Source of the DNA: Pelagomonas calceolata
Taxonomy: Eukaryota
Assembly (NCBI GenBank): GCA_918797485.1
Contig: CAKKNE010000005.1
Span: 4,340,001-4,404,000, forward strand
Length of the DNA stretch: 64,000 nt
Reading direction: 5' to 3'
A program made the translations under genes and the position numbers. Of this stretch, positions 31,481 to 42,347 are shown one piece after another. Below the pieces are notes generated by a model, which was not told the DNA's origin, searched no databases, and saw only the letters and a program-made list of their open reading frames with translations. Position 1 is the stretch's first letter; every line of letters starts with the position of its first letter.

Positions 31481-32779
31481 TCAGTTCGACGGCCCGAAGA
31501 ACGCCTGGAGCGCCCGGAGCTGGTAGCCGACGACCGAGGCGGCGACGCACGCCATCTGCCCGCTGAACGACGGCGCCGCCATGACGGCGAGCAGGACGAG
31601 GAACGCGCCGCCGAGCTGCGTGAAGAGGTCCGCGCCGATCGGGGTTTTGCGCACGAGCGGCGCGGCGACCGGTTCCTCGGCGACAGCGGCGGCGGCCGGC
31701 GCCGCGTCGACGACGGCCGGCGCGGCCGCCGGCGCGGCGTACTGCTGCGTCGGCGCGAAGGCGCCGCCGCGCGGCACGGTGCGCCGGTCCACGAGCGGCG
31801 GGTCGCGGCGCGGCGCTTGTACGCGGTCGACGATGACCGTCGGCGCCGCGGCCGCGCGCGTCGCCGCCTGGGCGCGCTGCGCCGCCGTCACGTCGCGCTC
31901 GCGCTGCCGCGTCCAGGCCGCCGCGGCGTCGCGCTCGTGCGCGCGCCGGCGCGCCGCGACCTCGTCCATGGCCGACGCGCGCTGCTGCATCTGCTTCAGG
32001 GCCGCCTCGGCGTAGTTCTCGCGCGCGCCGGCCGTCTTCGACACAGACGTCACGGGCTTCACGACGGCCGCGCGGTCGCGCGACCCCAGCGCCGCGTCGA
32101 GGACCGACGGTGCCGTGGATGACGCCGACACCCTGGTGGAGGGGTTGATGGGGATGGCCTGGCGCGCGCCGAGGGCCGCGTCCATAACGGACGGCGGGCG
32201 CCCCGAGACCGCCGGGGCGTAGGCCACGGGCGTCGCGGGGACGCCCGACGCGCGGGCGCGCGAGCCCATGGCCGCGTCCATCGGTGTCACCGGCAGCGAC
32301 GACGCCGAGAGGCCCGGCGGCGTGCGCTGCGCGACGTTCGCGCGTCCGGCTTTCACGGCGCGCATGGCCACGGGGCTCAGCCCCCGCAGCGGCTGCGTCG
32401 GCGGCTTGATCACGGCGACGGGTTGAGGTTGTGGCGGCGGCTGCGGCGCCTCCTCGAGGCAGGCGTCGACGTACGCGGCGGCGGCGCGGCGCTTGCGCGC
32501 GTCGTTGATGGACCCGACCAATTGTTGGACGCCGCCGGCCGTCGCGCGCGGCACGCGCAGGCCGAGCTTGACGACGGTCGTGGCGAGGTGGCCGAGGTCG
32601 CCCGCTACCACTTTAAATGGATTGCGGCGCTGCGGCGTCAGTGCCGCGGGCATGGCACCCGGGGTTTGTGGCGCTTGCGGCGGCTGCGGGGCACGCATTG
32701 GCTGCAGAGGATTCTGCCCCTGCGGCGTCAAGGCTGCGGCGGCGCCGAGGGCGGTCGTAGTGATGGCAAATGCGCGCAT
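31481..32779 (-). CDS. Hypothetical Ala/Pro-rich protein with a signal peptide and C-terminal hydrophobic helices
   Basis: MRAFAITTTALGAAAAL; internal AALTPQ and (M/L)DAA(L/M)G repeats; two hydrophobic C-terminal segments. Confidence 0.6.
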   Translation of the reverse strand: MRAFAITTTALGAAAALTPQGQNPLQPMRAPQPPQAPQTPGAMPAALTPQRRNPFKVVAGDLGHLATTVVKLGLRVPRATAGGVQQLVGSINDARKRRAAAAYVDACLEEAPQPPPQPQPVAVIKPPTQPLRGLSPVAMRAVKAGRANVAQRTPPGLSASSLPVTPMDAAMGSRARASGVPATPVAYAPAVSGRPPSVMDAALGARQAIPINPSTRVSASSTAPSVLDAALGSRDRAAVVKPVTSVSKTAGARENYAEAALKQMQQRASAMDEVAARRRAHERDAAAAWTRQRERDVTAAQRAQAATRAAAAPTVIVDRVQAPRRDPPLVDRRTVPRGGAFAPTQQYAAPAAAPAVVDAAPAAAAVAEEPVAAPLVRKTPIGADLFTQLGGAFLVLLAVMAAPSFSGQMACVAASVVGYQLRALQAFFGPSN

Positions 32780-33193
32780 CTTGATTTGACGTGCGTATGC
32801 GGCGCGTAGGCGGCCTCCGAGGCTTCGAATTGGCGTTGAGTGCTGGTTTTTTGTCACTCTGGTCCTTCTCGTGCAGTCAGAAACGCGCCGGGGACCGTCT
32901 GTGTGGCCTAACTTTCAAAAAATGGCCTTGCCAAGTGGAGCGGCATAATCGCTAGCTGAAAGATACTAGAGACCAACCAGACGCGAGCAAAAAGCTGCGG
33001 GTGGCCTCCCGCAAGCGCAAACAGCGAGTCAACGGCGGCAGAGGGCTCGTAAAAAACAATAGATCACTCGTGAGCCCGCGGAATTGCACGAAACTCCCGT
33101 AAATTAGCTTCTCCGCCGACCTCCCATAAGCTGTGTGACCTGTGCGCTCGCTCGTACGCCGAACGCGCACCGAGCAGAAGCAGCAGCAGCAAT

Positions 33194-34570
33194 ATGTACG
33201 CCGCGCGGCAAAAGGAAGAAGACGACGACGACGACGAGGCGCACGCCGACGCCGCGGTCTTGGCGCAGCTCGACGCGGACGCGGCCGAGCTCAAGCTCGC
33301 AAGGGCGCGCGAACGAGCCGAGACGCCGGATTTAGCCGCGGAGGACCGCGTGTGCTGGGCGGCCATCGCGACGGCGGCACATATTGCCGTGTTGCAGTGG
33401 TTAGTGGCGGGCGGCGACGCCGCGAAGTTTGCTGCATTGGCGCGGCCCCTTGCATTTTTTGCGACGGGCGCGTTACTAGCGTCCTTGCTCCGGCCGGCGC
33501 TGGCGCCGCCCCTCCGCTTACCGGGTTTGAGAGGAGGCTTCGGCGACACGATCTGGTCCTCGTCTTATATCGAGGAGAGCGACGTACAGCCGCAGCCGTC
33601 GCTCGCGACATTAGCTGCGCGGAAAAGAGTACTACTAAGGCAGCGGAGCCGCATCCACCAGAGCCGGACCGCCGTGCCCGGGGCGTCCGTGCCACGAGCT
33701 ACGAAAGAGGGCGCACCCCGGTCCTGGGAGCCGTCCGAAGCTTCGGGCTTCCAGCTGCGCGGCGCGCTCTATCTGGTGGACAAAAAAAAGTACGCGAGCG
33801 GGCCCGCGCTCTACGAACCCTTCGGGCTGGACATTCTGCGGTGTCAAGCAAGGGTCTTCGACCTGCCGGGGAGGGCCATACTGCCACCACCAACAACAGA
33901 AGAGAAAGCATTACCGGGATGGTGCCCTCGCATTTTAACGCAGACCATGTACTTCCCCGGCACGCCTCCACCCCTCGTGGGCCCCAATCGTGATACTGGA
34001 GACGGCCCGCCGGGCTGGCAGGTCGTGTGCTGGTGGCGCGCATCTCCATTATTATGTGAGTTACTACAAAAACCAAAAACAGAGTGGCCGCCCCACCTCA
34101 AGCTCTGGAGAGAATACGTCGAGGGCGCCGAGACGGCTTCCGTCTTAAATGGTTCCCTGAAGGGTGTCGGGAGCGTCGCGAACATTCACCAGGAGAACAT
34201 CGGCCTACCTAGATTGCTCCACCAGTTCAACGCCAAGCCCGTGCTCATGGCCGCCGCGGCCCCGCCCTGGGGCGGCGACCGGCAGGGCGTGGTCCACGTG
34301 TCGCGGAACGAAGATTATTTGGAATTTGGATTAGATGTCGGTGCCGACTTCGCTGCTACCTCGAATCACGCTTTATTTAGATTACTCCCGAAGCTGCCGC
34401 GCCTGGTCATGGACATCGCCTGGATCGTCGAGGGGCGGGCGCCGGAGTCGTTGCCGGAGAACGTGCTGGCCGCGATGCGCCTGAACCACCTCGACTTCGA
34501 GGCGCAGGCGTGGGGCGTCGAGGACTGGCTCCGCGGGCCCGGCGGGTTCTCGAGCGGTGAGTCGCCCTAG
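33194..34570 (+). CDS. EDR2 C-terminal (DUF1336) domain protein
   Basis: WEPSEASGFQLRG..YLVDKKK; FNAKPVL; YLEFGLDVG; VMDIAWIVEGRAPESLPENVL..MRLNHLD. Confidence 0.75.
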   Translation: MYAARQKEEDDDDDEAHADAAVLAQLDADAAELKLARARERAETPDLAAEDRVCWAAIATAAHIAVLQWLVAGGDAAKFAALARPLAFFATGALLASLLRPALAPPLRLPGLRGGFGDTIWSSSYIEESDVQPQPSLATLAARKRVLLRQRSRIHQSRTAVPGASVPRATKEGAPRSWEPSEASGFQLRGALYLVDKKKYASGPALYEPFGLDILRCQARVFDLPGRAILPPPTTEEKALPGWCPRILTQTMYFPGTPPPLVGPNRDTGDGPPGWQVVCWWRASPLLCELLQKPKTEWPPHLKLWREYVEGAETASVLNGSLKGVGSVANIHQENIGLPRLLHQFNAKPVLMAAAAPPWGGDRQGVVHVSRNEDYLEFGLDVGADFAATSNHALFRLLPKLPRLVMDIAWIVEGRAPESLPENVLAAMRLNHLDFEAQAWGVEDWLRGPGGFSSGESP

Positions 34571-34770
34571 TTGTTGTTCTAAGTCTTCTTCAAATTCTAG
34601 TGTCTCTACTTCTAGCAAACTGGTCGAACGCGGTCGATCTGCTTGGTCGCTCCGACCGCGTGGCTGGCTCATCGCTCGCCAAACGGTGCGTCGTTGCAAC
34701 GCCGCAGCGCGTACGACACCAGCTGCTGCGGTGCGCGGCGTCCGCCCTTGTGTAAAGCACTTTTGCATCG

Positions 34771-36252
34771 ATGGCGCCCAAGCGCAAGAAGAAGACGACC
34801 GAGGCCCCGCGCGGCTCGGACGCGGCGACGCTGATCGCGCAGTGCCCGCGCGCCGCGCTGGAGGAGCTCGCGCTGCGCATGTTCGACCAGCCCGGCTCGG
34901 TCTCCCGGAAGGATCTCGAGGAGGCGGCCGCGGCGTGCCGGCCCAAGGCGCCCAAGGTCATTTCCGTCGGCGACGACAGAAAGGGCACCGGCGCGTTCGA
35001 CGTGGTCAGCGGTGACGTGCTCGCGCGCATCCTGCTGGCGCTGCCGATCCAGGACCGCTACCGCATCGCGATCTGCGTCTGCAAGGCGTGGCGCCGCCTG
35101 CGGTCCGCGCACGGCCTCTTCACGGTGATCCGCGCCGGCGGATTTGACGCGGGCGCGAGGCGGACGTGGCGAAAGGACGCGCTGCGCATCGGGCCGTGGC
35201 AGGAGCACGCGTTCGACAGCAGCGCCGAGACCTCGGCGGCGTCGAGCCTGGGCCTGCACCGCCTCGTCCAGTGGCACGCGCACCGCGACGAGGTCCACAC
35301 GCTCAGCCTGGCGACGAGCTGCGGGACCAGGTCTTACCTCTCGGCGGACGCCGTCATCGCTGCGATTAAGGATCTCCCAAAGCTCCGCACGCTCGCGCTC
35401 AACGGCAAGAGCATCACGGCCAAGGTCATGAAGGCGCGGCCGCCGTGCCTGGCGACGCTGAAGATGCTCGCCGTCGGCAATGGATGCAGCGGCAGCCCGG
35501 CGCAGTTCGCCGCGATGCTCGGCGCCGCGCCCAAGCTCGAGAGCCTCGCGGCGTCCGACAAATTGTGCACCGCCCAGTCGCTCGGCGCCGCCGTGCGCCA
35601 GTGGCGCGCGGCGCGCGGCGGCGGCGACCCGCTCCTGGCGCACCTCTACCTCTGCGGCTACGACCACCAGAACTTCGCGCTCATCAACCAGCTCGGAAAC
35701 TGGTTGCCGAACCTCGAGACGCTCGCGTTCCGCGCGCCCGCCTACCAGCACGTCTGGATGCTCGGCGCGCCGCAGTTCTCCACGTTCCAGCGCCTCCACA
35801 CGCTCCGCATCGAGGGCATGGCGGGGTACCAGACCCACGCGTCGACGGAGCAGATAGAACAGCTGACGGCCGCCGCCCTCAGTGCCTGTCCCAAGCTCGA
35901 GACGCTCCAGATGCTCCACGGTGTGGCTTTCTCGAGGCCGCCGCCGATCCCGGGGGCGGGGACGGCGTTCCGGACGCTCCCGCCGACGCTCAAGTACCTG
36001 GCCATATCCGACATCGTGCTCGACTCGGAAAGCCTCTCCGTCAACTCGCTCGAGGTCCTCCGCCTCAACAACTGCAACATGGCGCTCGAAGCGGCCCAGA
36101 TTTTCTGGCCGGATCTCGCCGTCGAAGACTTCGAGGGCACGCTAGCTCGGATAGTAGCTCCAAAGCTCGACGATTCGGACGACGGCCCGCTCATCCCCTC
36201 GACGGGGGGCGACCCGGGGGAGCCGCCTTTTCATTTCGGGCGCTTCGACTAG
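34771..36252 (+). CDS. F-box-like / LRR (RNI-like) protein
   Basis: DVLARILLALPIQDRY..AICVCKAWRRL (F-box-like); repeated LPKLRTLAL / LPNLETLAF / CPKLETLQM. Confidence 0.7.
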   Translation: MAPKRKKKTTEAPRGSDAATLIAQCPRAALEELALRMFDQPGSVSRKDLEEAAAACRPKAPKVISVGDDRKGTGAFDVVSGDVLARILLALPIQDRYRIAICVCKAWRRLRSAHGLFTVIRAGGFDAGARRTWRKDALRIGPWQEHAFDSSAETSAASSLGLHRLVQWHAHRDEVHTLSLATSCGTRSYLSADAVIAAIKDLPKLRTLALNGKSITAKVMKARPPCLATLKMLAVGNGCSGSPAQFAAMLGAAPKLESLAASDKLCTAQSLGAAVRQWRAARGGGDPLLAHLYLCGYDHQNFALINQLGNWLPNLETLAFRAPAYQHVWMLGAPQFSTFQRLHTLRIEGMAGYQTHASTEQIEQLTAAALSACPKLETLQMLHGVAFSRPPPIPGAGTAFRTLPPTLKYLAISDIVLDSESLSVNSLEVLRLNNCNMALEAAQIFWPDLAVEDFEGTLARIVAPKLDDSDDGPLIPSTGGDPGEPPFHFGRFD

Positions 36253-36360
36253 CGGTCGAGTTGGGCGCGTGGCTGAACGTCAGAGCCTGGTCCCCTCTCC
36301 TTGTGCCTTGACACGTGATCTAAGTTGATATGTTACGTACTTTTACAAACAGACACATGG

Positions 36361-37203
36361 CTACCGCCACCCCGCGTCGCTCGGGTTCCAGTGGTCCCCC
36401 GCGTAGCCGCTGTTCGGCCGCGGCGCGCGCGGCGCGAGCTCCGGCGCGACCGACGCGGGCTCGAAGCCGTCGAGGCGGCCCGGCTCCAGCTCCCACGCGT
36501 GGTCCTCGCTTTCGCCGAGGACCGCCTCGAAGGCGCGCGTGAACGCCACCATCGCCGCGTCCGAGCCGAGCACGACCGCCAAATCGTCGAAGTTCGACGA
36601 GTAGTCGAACTCGGAGAGAGCCCCCAGCGCCGTCGCTGCAGCGATGCGCGGCCGCCAGGCCTTCACGCCGGCGCCGAGCGCCGGCAGCGCGACCGTCCTC
36701 GCGTCCTTTGTAGCGCAGACCTTGAGGGCGTTCACATACGTCGCATGGAGCCGCGCGACGGGCGGCACCGACGTCGCGCGCACGTCCTCGCCTCGTATGC
36801 CAATATTCCCCTGGTAGTGCCCTTCATACCCAAATTCCGAGTCGGGCGCCACGGCATGAATACACCAGTCCGCATCTAACCCGTAGGCGCGCGTCGCGAC
36901 GGCGCGGCCGGGCGCGCACCTCAAGGTTCGAGACAGGCCGCGCTTCTTGGCCGTCTCGGCCCATCGACTTATGTCGCGCGGCTCCTCGTTTTCGTGGACG
37001 ACAGGCTTGATCTCCGGCAGTGCCAAACAAGCGTCGCGGAGGCCGGGCCCGGCTATTTTCCGTATAGCGCCGTCGACGTTGCGCTGGTTCGTGAAGCGCC
37101 AGTAGAGCGGCTGGTCGTTGCCGCACAAGGCGTCGTTGGCCGAGGTGACGATGGCGTTGGCTCCGCATTTGGCGATATCGCCTTTGAGGAGGCGGAGGCG
37201 CAT
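36361..37203 (-). CDS. Macro domain protein (ADP-ribose binding/hydrolase)
   Basis: LLKGDIAK..ANAIVTSAN; VDGAIRKIAG; CIHAVAP; VALPALGAGVKAW. Confidence 0.85.
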   Translation of the reverse strand: MRLRLLKGDIAKCGANAIVTSANDALCGNDQPLYWRFTNQRNVDGAIRKIAGPGLRDACLALPEIKPVVHENEEPRDISRWAETAKKRGLSRTLRCAPGRAVATRAYGLDADWCIHAVAPDSEFGYEGHYQGNIGIRGEDVRATSVPPVARLHATYVNALKVCATKDARTVALPALGAGVKAWRPRIAAATALGALSEFDYSSNFDDLAVVLGSDAAMVAFTRAFEAVLGESEDHAWELEPGRLDGFEPASVAPELAPRAPRPNSGYAGDHWNPSDAGWR

Positions 37204-37760
37204 AGCTCAACCCCCTAACGATTCCTCTTCGATGGTCAATCGCGGCACCGGCGGCCACAGGTCAGCAAGGCGTTCGATATCTTCGTTGTCGCGTCCGAGA
37301 ATGGCGCGAAGGTCCTCGAGATGGCGCCTTGCAATTGCGGCGTTTAGCTCGCGCTCGGTTGGCATTTGCTGCTGCAGTGGTCTACCAGCTTGTGAGCTGT
37401 GTGCGGGCCGGCTGTGCGCCAGCGCGGTTGATCTCAGAGCACGGGTCACTGGGTAGTCCTAAGAGAATTTTGGACGCGTTTGACCACCTATGCGCCACTG
37501 CGCTTGAGCCCCGGTGTTTGCTAGTGTCTCACTGGCCGCTAGCTCGGCGCGCGTTTAGCAAAATCAAACTTACTGGCCGCTGTTTGCGCTCAGTTTAAAT
37601 TTCTGACGCCCTCGAAGCGCCCCACAGCTGTATCCGACAGCGCCGCGCCGAGAAACGCCAGCCCACGCGCGCAAACACGGCGCGCTCCCGGCTGCTCTCC
37701 CTCGCCCTCGTCCTCAGCGCCGCGACGGCCCTCCGCCCAATAATCACGCGAGTCGCCAGG

Positions 37761-39284
37761 ATGCTCGGCACCAAGCCCCAAGCACCGAAGGACGGCGTCG
37801 CCTGCATCGTCGCCGCGACGGCCCAGATGGGCATCGGGAGGGACGGCGCGCTGCCCTGGCGTCTGAAGGGCGACATGGCCTACTTTAAGCGCGTGACGAC
37901 GGAGGCGCCCGCCTCGCAACAGAATGCTGTTGTGATGGGCCGGAAGACGTGGCTCTCGATTCCCAAGAAGTTCCGCCCGTTACCTGGTAGAGCCAACGTC
38001 GTCCTCTCGAGAAACCCCGACGCTAGAGAACAGCTAGATCTCCCGGAGGACGTCGCGTGTTACGCTTCGCTAGACGCGGCATTGACGCAGATGAAGGCGC
38101 GCGAGGACGTCGCGAAAGTGTTCGTCATCGGCGGTGGGGAATTGTACAAGGCGGCCGTTAATGATGCGCGGTGCACGGAGGTCCTACTTACAAGAGTCGA
38201 GGACCCCAAGGGCGTCCTACCCCAATGCGACGCCTTTTTTCCCGACCTCACCGGGACCGGGTTCACTACTGTAGCCATGTCGCCGCCCGAAAAGGAGGGC
38301 GACCTCGCCTACTCGTTCCAGACCCTTACCAGAGAATGTTCATCTACGAAGTTGGGCGACGTCACGAATTCATTGAAAGAAAAACTCGTCGAGAAGCCGC
38401 CGCCGGTACCTCCAGTGAACAAGGAGGAGCAGCAGTACCTGGATCTCATTAGGGAGATCCTCGATTCTGGTGTGGTCCGAGGCGACCGGACGGGCACGGG
38501 AACCAAATCTATTTTCGGCGCGAGAATGAAATTTTCATTAAGAGACGACGTCTTCCCCCTCCTCACGACGAAGCGCGTCTTCTGGCGCGGCGTCGCGGAA
38601 GAGTTGCTCTGGTTCGTGTCTGGGGCGACCAACGGTAAATTACTACAGGAGAAGAACATCCACATCTGGGACGGGAATGGCTCCCGAGAATTCCTCGACA
38701 AGCGCGGCCTCCCGCACCGGGAAGAGATGGACCTGGGCCCGGTCTACGGCTTCCAGTGGCGCCACTTCGGTGCGTCCTATGAGGACATGCACGCTGATTA
38801 TGCAGGGAAGGGCGTGGATCAACTCGCGGAGTGCATCCGCCAGATCAAGGGCGACCCGAACTCTAGAAGAATTGTCCTGTCGGCGTGGAACCCGGCGGAC
38901 CTGCCGGAGATGGCCCTGCCGCCGTGCCACATGTTCTGCCAGTTCTACGTGGCCAATGGGGAGTTGAGTTGCCAGATGTATCAAAGAAGCGCGGACATGG
39001 GCCTGGGGGTGCCGTTCAACATCGCGTCCTACGCTCTCTTGACGCGCATGGTGGCCCAAAGTACCAATCTAAAAGCGGGCGACTTCGTCCACGTCATCGG
39101 GGACGCGCACGTCTACCTGAACCACATCGACGCGCTCGAGGAGCAGCTCAAACGGGCGCCGCGGCCCTTTCCCTCGCTGACGATCAACGCGGCGAAGAAG
39201 GACATTGATGCGTTTGAGTACGACGACTTCACGGTCGATGGCTACAAGCCCTACCCGAAGATCCAGATGGAGATGGCCGTTTAG
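37761..39284 (+). CDS. DHFR-TS: Bifunctional dihydrofolate reductase-thymidylate synthase; possible ACG-initiated extension from 37677
   Basis: [24 protein letters not shown] (DHFR); [47 protein letters not shown] (TS). Confidence 0.97.
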   Translation: MLGTKPQAPKDGVACIVAATAQMGIGRDGALPWRLKGDMAYFKRVTTEAPASQQNAVVMGRKTWLSIPKKFRPLPGRANVVLSRNPDAREQLDLPEDVACYASLDAALTQMKAREDVAKVFVIGGGELYKAAVNDARCTEVLLTRVEDPKGVLPQCDAFFPDLTGTGFTTVAMSPPEKEGDLAYSFQTLTRECSSTKLGDVTNSLKEKLVEKPPPVPPVNKEEQQYLDLIREILDSGVVRGDRTGTGTKSIFGARMKFSLRDDVFPLLTTKRVFWRGVAEELLWFVSGATNGKLLQEKNIHIWDGNGSREFLDKRGLPHREEMDLGPVYGFQWRHFGASYEDMHADYAGKGVDQLAECIRQIKGDPNSRRIVLSAWNPADLPEMALPPCHMFCQFYVANGELSCQMYQRSADMGLGVPFNIASYALLTRMVAQSTNLKAGDFVHVIGDAHVYLNHIDALEEQLKRAPRPFPSLTINAAKKDIDAFEYDDFTVDGYKPYPKIQMEMAV

Positions 39285-40117
39285 GGATACGCGCGTGCCT
39301 AAGTGGTCTTCTTCTTACAGCACAAGGGGAGGGGGTTTCTCGCGCCGGGCGGCACACCGCGCGTGTGCGCGGCGGCGGCGGCGGCGTCGCGGCGGCATCG
39401 TGCCTCTTAGTGCCGCGGGTCGGCTGACCGCGGGCTCTCGTTGAGAATGCCCGCGCCAACGGCCTGCATCGTGTCGTCGCTGATCACGCTGCACTCGTAC
39501 GCTTCGAAGTCCTGCTCGCACAGCTGCGCCGGGAACCTGTGCGGTTTGTGCCGTTTCGCCGGCGACGCTGTGCACCCGAAAAACAAGTTCGCGTCGCGCG
39601 CCGCGGCGGCCGCGGCGGGCGCATCGATCCCCGCGTCAAGCCACCGGCGACGGCATTTCGAAGGGGCCACTATAGTATGTCATCCGCGCCGCCGCGCACG
39701 ACCCGCCCTGCCACGGGAAGGAGAAAAACTGCACGTTCGGCTGTCGCTGTGGGCTTTGCGCGCTCGCCTGCCAGCGCGATGATGGGGCGCCAGTGGTGCG
39801 CATGGTAGGGGTGGTACCGGGCGCCATCTCCGCAAGAGGGCAGCCCCCAAGGTGCAATATTCAGTCCGCGCGGCCCCAAATACACTCCAAGAGCAAGGGC
39901 CTTTTTTTTTTGACCTCGACCTCGTCACGGGGTTTTATTGAAGGAGCGTACTGCGCCCATCAGGGGCCGCAGATACCTCCTCGGGCCGCCTCCCGACCGC
40001 TGGCTTGCCATCGACGCGCCGCGCCTGGGAACGCGCCCCGTACATCCGACGCGGGCACCCCCGACGCCATCGACGCGACACCTCCCGCCGCCAGTCACAA
40101 AAGAGTAGAAGTAGAAG

Positions 40118-40822
40118 TCACAACAACGACAACATTACGCGCCCCGCCACGCCAAGGCCCGCGACGCCGACACAGCCCGCCACAAATAGCTCGAGCCGCA
40201 ATTTCAAACACTCCGCCCGCGCATTATCAAGCGCCTTCCCTTCCAACCCCGCAAACTCAGAAGTACAAAACACATTTTTGGACGTCGAAGAAGACAAAAA
40301 TTGCGACCGCCCGATGCGCCAATACAGCCAGTTCACGTGGCCGTATTCGAGACGCACTTGGGAAGCATAAAGCGCGTACGCCCCGCTCTCCGCGCCCAGG
40401 ATGCTCATGTCAAAATCCATGAAGAGCCGGCCGTCGTCGTCCAAGCCATTACCGTCGTGGCTCCACGTGCGCTCGATCCACTCTACTACCTTATTGATGC
40501 GTTCCGACGTCATTGTGGTACTCTGAGCGAATTCGACAAACACTTGAGCGGACTCGCGCTCGTTGCGGCCACCACCACCAGCAACGGCGTCGTAGACAAT
40601 GTCGTGGAAGATGGTGGCGAGATCCACGGCTACTCGGTCTTGCACTTCGTGGTCGGTAGCTAAGGTGAGCATGGCGTCGATGTGCACCAAAGTGTGGTAG
40701 TGCCGACCCGGTTCGCCGTAGCCGGTCTCGACGCGGCGCCACCATTCCCGTTCTTTTGTTTTGTTTACTTCTAAGCTCTCGCAGGCGAGGGTCCAGCGGC
40801 GGCGCACTCTTGCTGTTGCCAT
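40118..40822 (-). CDS. HD-superfamily metal-dependent phosphohydrolase with a C-terminal TM
   Basis: RHYHTLVHI, FHDIVYD, NERESA, DFDMSILG, VRLEY. Confidence 0.8.
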   Translation of the reverse strand: MATARVRRRWTLACESLEVNKTKEREWWRRVETGYGEPGRHYHTLVHIDAMLTLATDHEVQDRVAVDLATIFHDIVYDAVAGGGGRNERESAQVFVEFAQSTTMTSERINKVVEWIERTWSHDGNGLDDDGRLFMDFDMSILGAESGAYALYASQVRLEYGHVNWLYWRIGRSQFLSSSTSKNVFCTSEFAGLEGKALDNARAECLKLRLELFVAGCVGVAGLGVAGRVMLSLL

Positions 40823-41384
40823 TGTCGCGTCGATGGCGCTTATTTTGCACCAGTGTGTGATGCTCTCCGGTGAGTGGTGGCCCCAGCGGCGGTTCAAAGT
40901 TGCGAAAAAGTCGCTGTGCTGTCAATGCAAGGGATCAGATGCGCGTAATATGCACGCGTATCGACGTGCACAGCACCCGTGTTGCCTGTTCCAGCCGCAT
41001 TCCAGCCGCAATGTCGAGCTGCTCACAGATTATGTGATGCCCGCCCAGGCAGGCGGGTCTTCTACGAGTCCCCAGGCCTGCAGAACCTCCGTGTATCGAT
41101 AGGCGCGTGATTGGAGCTAGCGTTTAAGGTGCTAGCCATCTGAGCAAGGCGGTGCAAATCGGTCAAAGTGACTGCCTGCGCGGCCCCTAAAGCTCCCCGT
41201 ATCTTAGGGTGAACTCTCATAACGCTGCGCTTGAGTACTGCGAGCGCTGCTGCTTATTAGCGCCGCCGCGCGACGCTTGACTTACCTTCCTCGCCTCCTC
41301 TGGCCAGGAGAAGAGCTGCCGCGACGCCACCGCGACCGGCCTGCGCAGATCGAGTATCGCTGCCAGACCACACACGCCTGAAAC

Positions 41385-42221
41385 ATGGCGCCGAACGAGC
41401 GGACGCACGTCGACAAAAGCCAGGCCCAGGCCGCGTACTCGGCGCTCGATGTGGAAGCCTCGGCGCGAGCCCACGCGTCGAGGGTCGACGGCGGCCACGA
41501 CGAGGCCCATTCGAAAGTCGGCGGCCAACTCAAAACGATAGTCTTCGGCGGTCTCGATGGCATCCTCACGTCTTTTGCGATCGTCTCCTCGTGCGCCGGC
41601 TCGGGACTCACCAGTCGCGTAGTACTGCTCTTGGGAGCCTGCAACATCTTGGCGGACGCCATGGCCATGGGTGTTGGGGAATACCTCTCGACAAAATCGT
41701 CAGATGAATATGCCAGGAGGGAACGCGCGCGGGAGGACTGGGAGCTCAGAAATCACCCCGAGGGCGAGGTCGAGGAGATGGTCGAGATCTATGTCCAGCG
41801 GGGCATGTCTCGCGAAGATGCGCAAGTCGTGATAAGCACGATGGCGAAGTATCACGACTTCTTCGTCGACGTCATGATGGTCGAGGAGCTCGGGTTGTTT
41901 GTCCCGGAGGAGGACGCGTGGGTCGAGTCGGCGAAGGACGGGCTGCTCATGTTCGCGTCGTTCGTCGTGTTCGGGACGGCGCCGCTCGTCGGGTATTTAC
42001 TTACTCCTCTCTTTGTTCACGATCCGTCGGAGCACGACCTGTTCCTGGCCGCTTGTGCCGTGACTGGAGTGACGCTGTTTAGTCTGGGCGCGGCGAAGGC
42101 TAGATTTGTGCAACAAAAGGCCTTGAAGCTGGGCGCCGAGACGCTGGCGCTGGGGGCTTTATGCGCGTCGGTGGCCTACTTCTGCGGCGCCGCGCTGTCG
42201 TCGCAGCTCCCCTCGCACTAA
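41385..42221 (+). CDS. VIT1: VIT1/CCC1 family vacuolar Fe/Mn transporter
   Basis: IVFGGLDGILT, ADAMAMGVGEYLS, EREDWE...PEGEVEEM, MMVEELG. Confidence 0.92.
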   Translation: MAPNERTHVDKSQAQAAYSALDVEASARAHASRVDGGHDEAHSKVGGQLKTIVFGGLDGILTSFAIVSSCAGSGLTSRVVLLLGACNILADAMAMGVGEYLSTKSSDEYARRERAREDWELRNHPEGEVEEMVEIYVQRGMSREDAQVVISTMAKYHDFFVDVMMVEELGLFVPEEDAWVESAKDGLLMFASFVVFGTAPLVGYLLTPLFVHDPSEHDLFLAACAVTGVTLFSLGAAKARFVQQKALKLGAETLALGALCASVAYFCGAALSSQLPSH

Positions 42222-42347
42222 CCTGTCGTGTTTCTAGTTTCTACCAGTACGCCATCGCCGCGACGGCTAGACGCGACGGCGTCGTGTAGCTACTCTAGAT
42301 AAACGGGACATAGTTGCGTTACTCGGCGCGGAGACGGAAAGGCGTCC

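Noticed and set aside
39300..40060. Short overlapping ORFs between DHFR-TS and the HD gene
   Set aside because: No recognisable motif or consistent splice model; a decayed gene cannot be excluded.
36361..40822. Macro + DHFR-TS + HD hydrolase as a nucleotide-metabolism or defence cluster
   Set aside because: Common eukaryotic genes with no sequence evidence of linkage beyond adjacency.
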